DNA of 64,000 nucleotides from Mycobacteriales bacterium (GTDB lineage Bacteria; Actinomycetota; Actinomycetes; Mycobacteriales; SCTD01): NCBI GenBank assembly GCA_046590985.1, contig JBKJVH010000121.1, positions 8,148 to 72,147 of the forward strand, read 5' to 3'. Shown piece by piece: positions 61,715 to 64,000 of this stretch (position 1 is its first letter; each line of letters starts with the position of its first letter). The notes under the pieces were generated by a model. It saw only the letters and a program-made list of their open reading frames with translations, ran no database searches and was not told where the DNA came from. The position numbers and the translations under genes were made by a program.

Positions 61715-61742
61715 GTCAGGCGCGCCGCTGACGCGCCCTGAC
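61715..61742 (+). terminator. Candidate terminator hairpin GTCAGGCGCG-N7-CGCGCC(C)TGAC
   Basis: 10-bp stem with one bulged C, 37 nt after the GGDEF stop and just before the next gene's RBS. Confidence 0.4.
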
Positions 61743-61754
61743 CCGGAGGCCCCC

Positions 61755-64000
61755 ATGGCCGCACGTCGCTTCGTCGCTCTCGCCCTTCTCGGCCTTTCCC
61801 TGATCGCGCCCAGCGCGCAGGCGGCCGGCGGACCGGTGAACGCACCCGGCACGGCTCCGCTGGCAGCTGCGCCATCCCTGCCGCAGGTCGCCAGCGGTCA
61901 TCGCCCTGGACCGGACGTGCTCTACGCCGCGCCGCCGGCCGCCCCGCAGCTGGAGAACCGCGACCCCAGGTTCCGGGCTGCACCGCTGCTGGTGAGCGGG
62001 ACGGAAGCCTATGTGGCGGGGGAGTACCTCTACCAGGACTACCTCTACGACGATCACGGCAGCGACGCGATGCCCGTCGATGCGGCGAACCAGACGGCCA
62101 CGAACGGCACCACGGCCGGCGGTCTGTCGGCGAACGCGCTGGTCTATCAGGTCGGCAGCATCACGTACCCGACCGACCCGGTCTATGCCGGCAACGCGGC
62201 CGACCTGGTGGAGTTCCGGATGGTGCCGGGGGCCTCGAGCACCGCCTACCGGTTCACCCTCGACACGTTGCGCCGGGTCGACAGCACGATCGTGACGCTG
62301 GCCCTCGACACCGATCGCAACCCCGCAACGGGCACTGCGACGCTGCCGCGCGACCCCGGTGCCAGCTTCCCCGGCACCGACGCCGTCCTCACCACCTGGG
62401 GCACCGGCGCCGAGCTGAGCACCTTCGCGCCCACCGGAGCGCTGCAGGCGACCACCCGGGTGCCCGTCCACAGCGACCTGGTCGCCGACCAGCTGACCGT
62501 CACCGTCCCCAACAGCCTCCAGCGCCCTCGAGGCAAGGTCGCCCTGACCCTCGCCACCGGCCTGTACGACAAGGCGACCGGCGGCTGGCTGCGTCCCCAC
62601 GCCGGCGACGCCACCGCGACGGGTGAGGGCGGCGCCGGGATCCAGGACCCGACCCCCAGTGGCATCTTGAACCTCGGGTTCCGGTTCGACGAGCCGGTCC
62701 AGCACATGAACACCCCGCCCGACGAGAAGCAGGCCGCGGTGCTCCGCAGCCATGCCCTCCCGTCGCACCTGGTGGATATGGATGCCCTGCGCAGCAAGGC
62801 TTCCCGGAGCACCGTCCCGACCACCGGCCTGCAGATCCGGATGTACCCGAGCCGTCTGCACCTCGGCGACGGCCAGCAGGTGGCGTTCCCGCAGGAGCTC
62901 GGTCAGCTCCAGCCCTACGCCCTGCACCTGCCGCCGAGCGGACCGACCAGCCACCCGCACGGGTTGCTGCTGTCCATCCACTCCAACGGCCAGCACTACT
63001 GGCAGTACGACGGCACCGGGGTCATGTCCGAGCTCGGCGACGCCCGCGACGCGGTCGTCCTCAGCCCGCTCGGACGCGGGCATGACGGCTGGTACGTCGA
63101 CTCCAGCGAGGACGACGTCTTCGAGTCCTGGGCCGATGCCGCCCGGCACGTGCGGCTCGACCCGTCGCGGGTGGCGATCTCCGGCTACTCGATGGGCGGC
63201 TATGCCACGTACCGGCTGGGTGGGCTCTACCCCGACCTGTTCGGGAAGGCGTTCAGCGTCGTCGGCCCGCCTGGCAAGAAGATGTGGGTTCCCCCCATGC
63301 CGCCGAGCGATGGCATCCAGACCTTGTCGAACCTGTGGCTCGAGAACACCCGCAACGTGCCCTATCTGAACTTCGCGCAGGTCACCGACGAGCTGGTGCC
63401 CGTGGTGGGTCCGGTGGCGCAGAACGTCGGCAACCCGGCGCTCGGGATCAAGGGATTCGACCAGCTCGGCTACCGGTTCCGGTTCCTGCTGTTCGAGGGC
63501 GGCGAGCACTACACCCTCGCTGCGCTGGGGTACCACTTCCCCGTCGCGCAGGACTTCCTCGGGGATGCTCGCGTCGACCGCGACCCGGCGCACGTGACGT
63601 TCGCCTACGTCCCGGCCAGCGACAACGCCGGCTTCGGGTTGGTGCACGACCACGCGTACTGGGTCAGCGACGTTCGGGTGGCAGACCGTTCCGCAGGTCC
63701 CGGCGCCAAGGGCGTGCTCGACGTCCGAAGCCATGGGTTCGGCACCGGCGACCCGGCCAGCACCGCCGAGCGCACCGCTGGCGTGCAGGGCCTGCCCTAT
63801 GTCGAGAACGGCCGGACCTGGGGGCCGGTGCCCCGCGAGCCGATCGAGAACCGCGCCGACGTGACGCTCACGAACCTGTCCACCGGGACGCTGCAGCTCG
63901 ACCGGGCAAGGCTGTCTGCGACGCGACCGCTGACCCTGGCCGTCACGGCCGACCGGGCGGCGACGCTGGTGCTGAACGCGCCTGGGTCCTCGCGCGTGCT
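61755..64000 (+). CDS. Secreted protein (partial, runs off the window): glucodextranase-N-like beta-sandwich plus alpha/beta hydrolase
   Basis: Translated by hand; it is absent from the ORF track because no stop lies in the window. CGGAGG is upstream of ATG 61755. Signal peptide MAARRFVALALLGLSLIAPSAQA. Contains YLYDDHGSD...ITYPTDPVYAGNAADLVEFRM and an ISGYSMGGYATY nucleophile elbow, with high GC3 throughout. Confidence 0.75.
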   Translation, partial: MAARRFVALALLGLSLIAPSAQAAGGPVNAPGTAPLAAAPSLPQVASGHRPGPDVLYAAPPAAPQLENRDPRFRAAPLLVSGTEAYVAGEYLYQDYLYDDHGSDAMPVDAANQTATNGTTAGGLSANALVYQVGSITYPTDPVYAGNAADLVEFRMVPGASSTAYRFTLDTLRRVDSTIVTLALDTDRNPATGTATLPRDPGASFPGTDAVLTTWGTGAELSTFAPTGALQATTRVPVHSDLVADQLTVTVPNSLQRPRGKVALTLATGLYDKATGGWLRPHAGDATATGEGGAGIQDPTPSGILNLGFRFDEPVQHMNTPPDEKQAAVLRSHALPSHLVDMDALRSKASRSTVPTTGLQIRMYPSRLHLGDGQQVAFPQELGQLQPYALHLPPSGPTSHPHGLLLSIHSNGQHYWQYDGTGVMSELGDARDAVVLSPLGRGHDGWYVDSSEDDVFESWADAARHVRLDPSRVAISGYSMGGYATYRLGGLYPDLFGKAFSVVGPPGKKMWVPPMPPSDGIQTLSNLWLENTRNVPYLNFAQVTDELVPVVGPVAQNVGNPALGIKGFDQLGYRFRFLLFEGGEHYTLAALGYHFPVAQDFLGDARVDRDPAHVTFAYVPASDNAGFGLVHDHAYWVSDVRVADRSAGPGAKGVLDVRSHGFGTGDPASTAERTAGVQGLPYVENGRTWGPVPREPIENRADVTLTNLSTGTLQLDRARLSATRPLTLAVTADRAATLVLNAPGSSRV

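Noticed and set aside
61716-63734. 672-aa minus-strand ORF
   Set aside because: It is a shadow of the plus-strand secreted hydrolase gene (61755 onward). The plus strand has a signal peptide, a GxSxG motif and normal composition, while the minus-strand product is low-complexity Arg/Gly/Val/Asp.
1-64000. Search for CRISPR arrays, rRNA/tRNA genes, transposases, integrases and prophage blocks
   Set aside because: No spaced direct repeats, no rRNA-like or tRNA-like segments, and no DDE or tyrosine/serine recombinase motifs appear in any credible ORF. The only repeats are short in-frame low-complexity tracts.

Overview
64 kb of high-GC (roughly 70% by eye) actinobacterial-type chromosome. I call about 48 protein-coding genes and find no rRNA, tRNA, CRISPR array, transposase or integrase. 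All similarity calls come from motifs I recognise in the translations; no searches were run. Most of the window is core and lipid metabolism: a membrane desaturase with its ferredoxin reductase, an acyl-ACP desaturase, ppc, fprA, icmF with acyl-CoA and 3-hydroxybutyryl-CoA dehydrogenases, two WS/DGAT acyltransferases with an acyl-CoA ligase and hydrolases, and cysD/cysNC/cysQ. Envelope functions are also present: an L,D-transpeptidase, a GH25 muramidase, lipoproteins and a two-component system. Two things stand out. (1) A single 9.5 kb gene (27716-37210, 3164 codons) encodes a signal-peptide-bearing fusion of an SpvB-like domain, FG-GAP-type calcium loops, a TcdB-mid-like segment, a long YD/RHS shell, a divergent RHS core motif and an unrecognisable C-terminal payload of about 195 aa. 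It resembles a single-chain TcB-TcC cocoon. No TcA, immunity gene or secretion genes are nearby, and it is wedged between housekeeping genes behind a 390 bp lower-GC leader. (2) An 11-gene minus-strand chain (38837-49828) has almost every junction overlapping or within a few nt. It joins a TetR regulator, cysQ, cysD and cysNC to a LIV-type ABC importer and two uncharacterised envelope proteins. Smaller observations include palindromic candidate operators in three divergent promoters, a probable truncated PIN toxin remnant, a WS/DGAT paralog with an altered catalytic motif, a degenerate mini ABC ATPase coupled to it, and a real open-ended CDS at the 3' edge that the ORF track misses. Many long track ORFs are high-GC shadow frames and are rejected.
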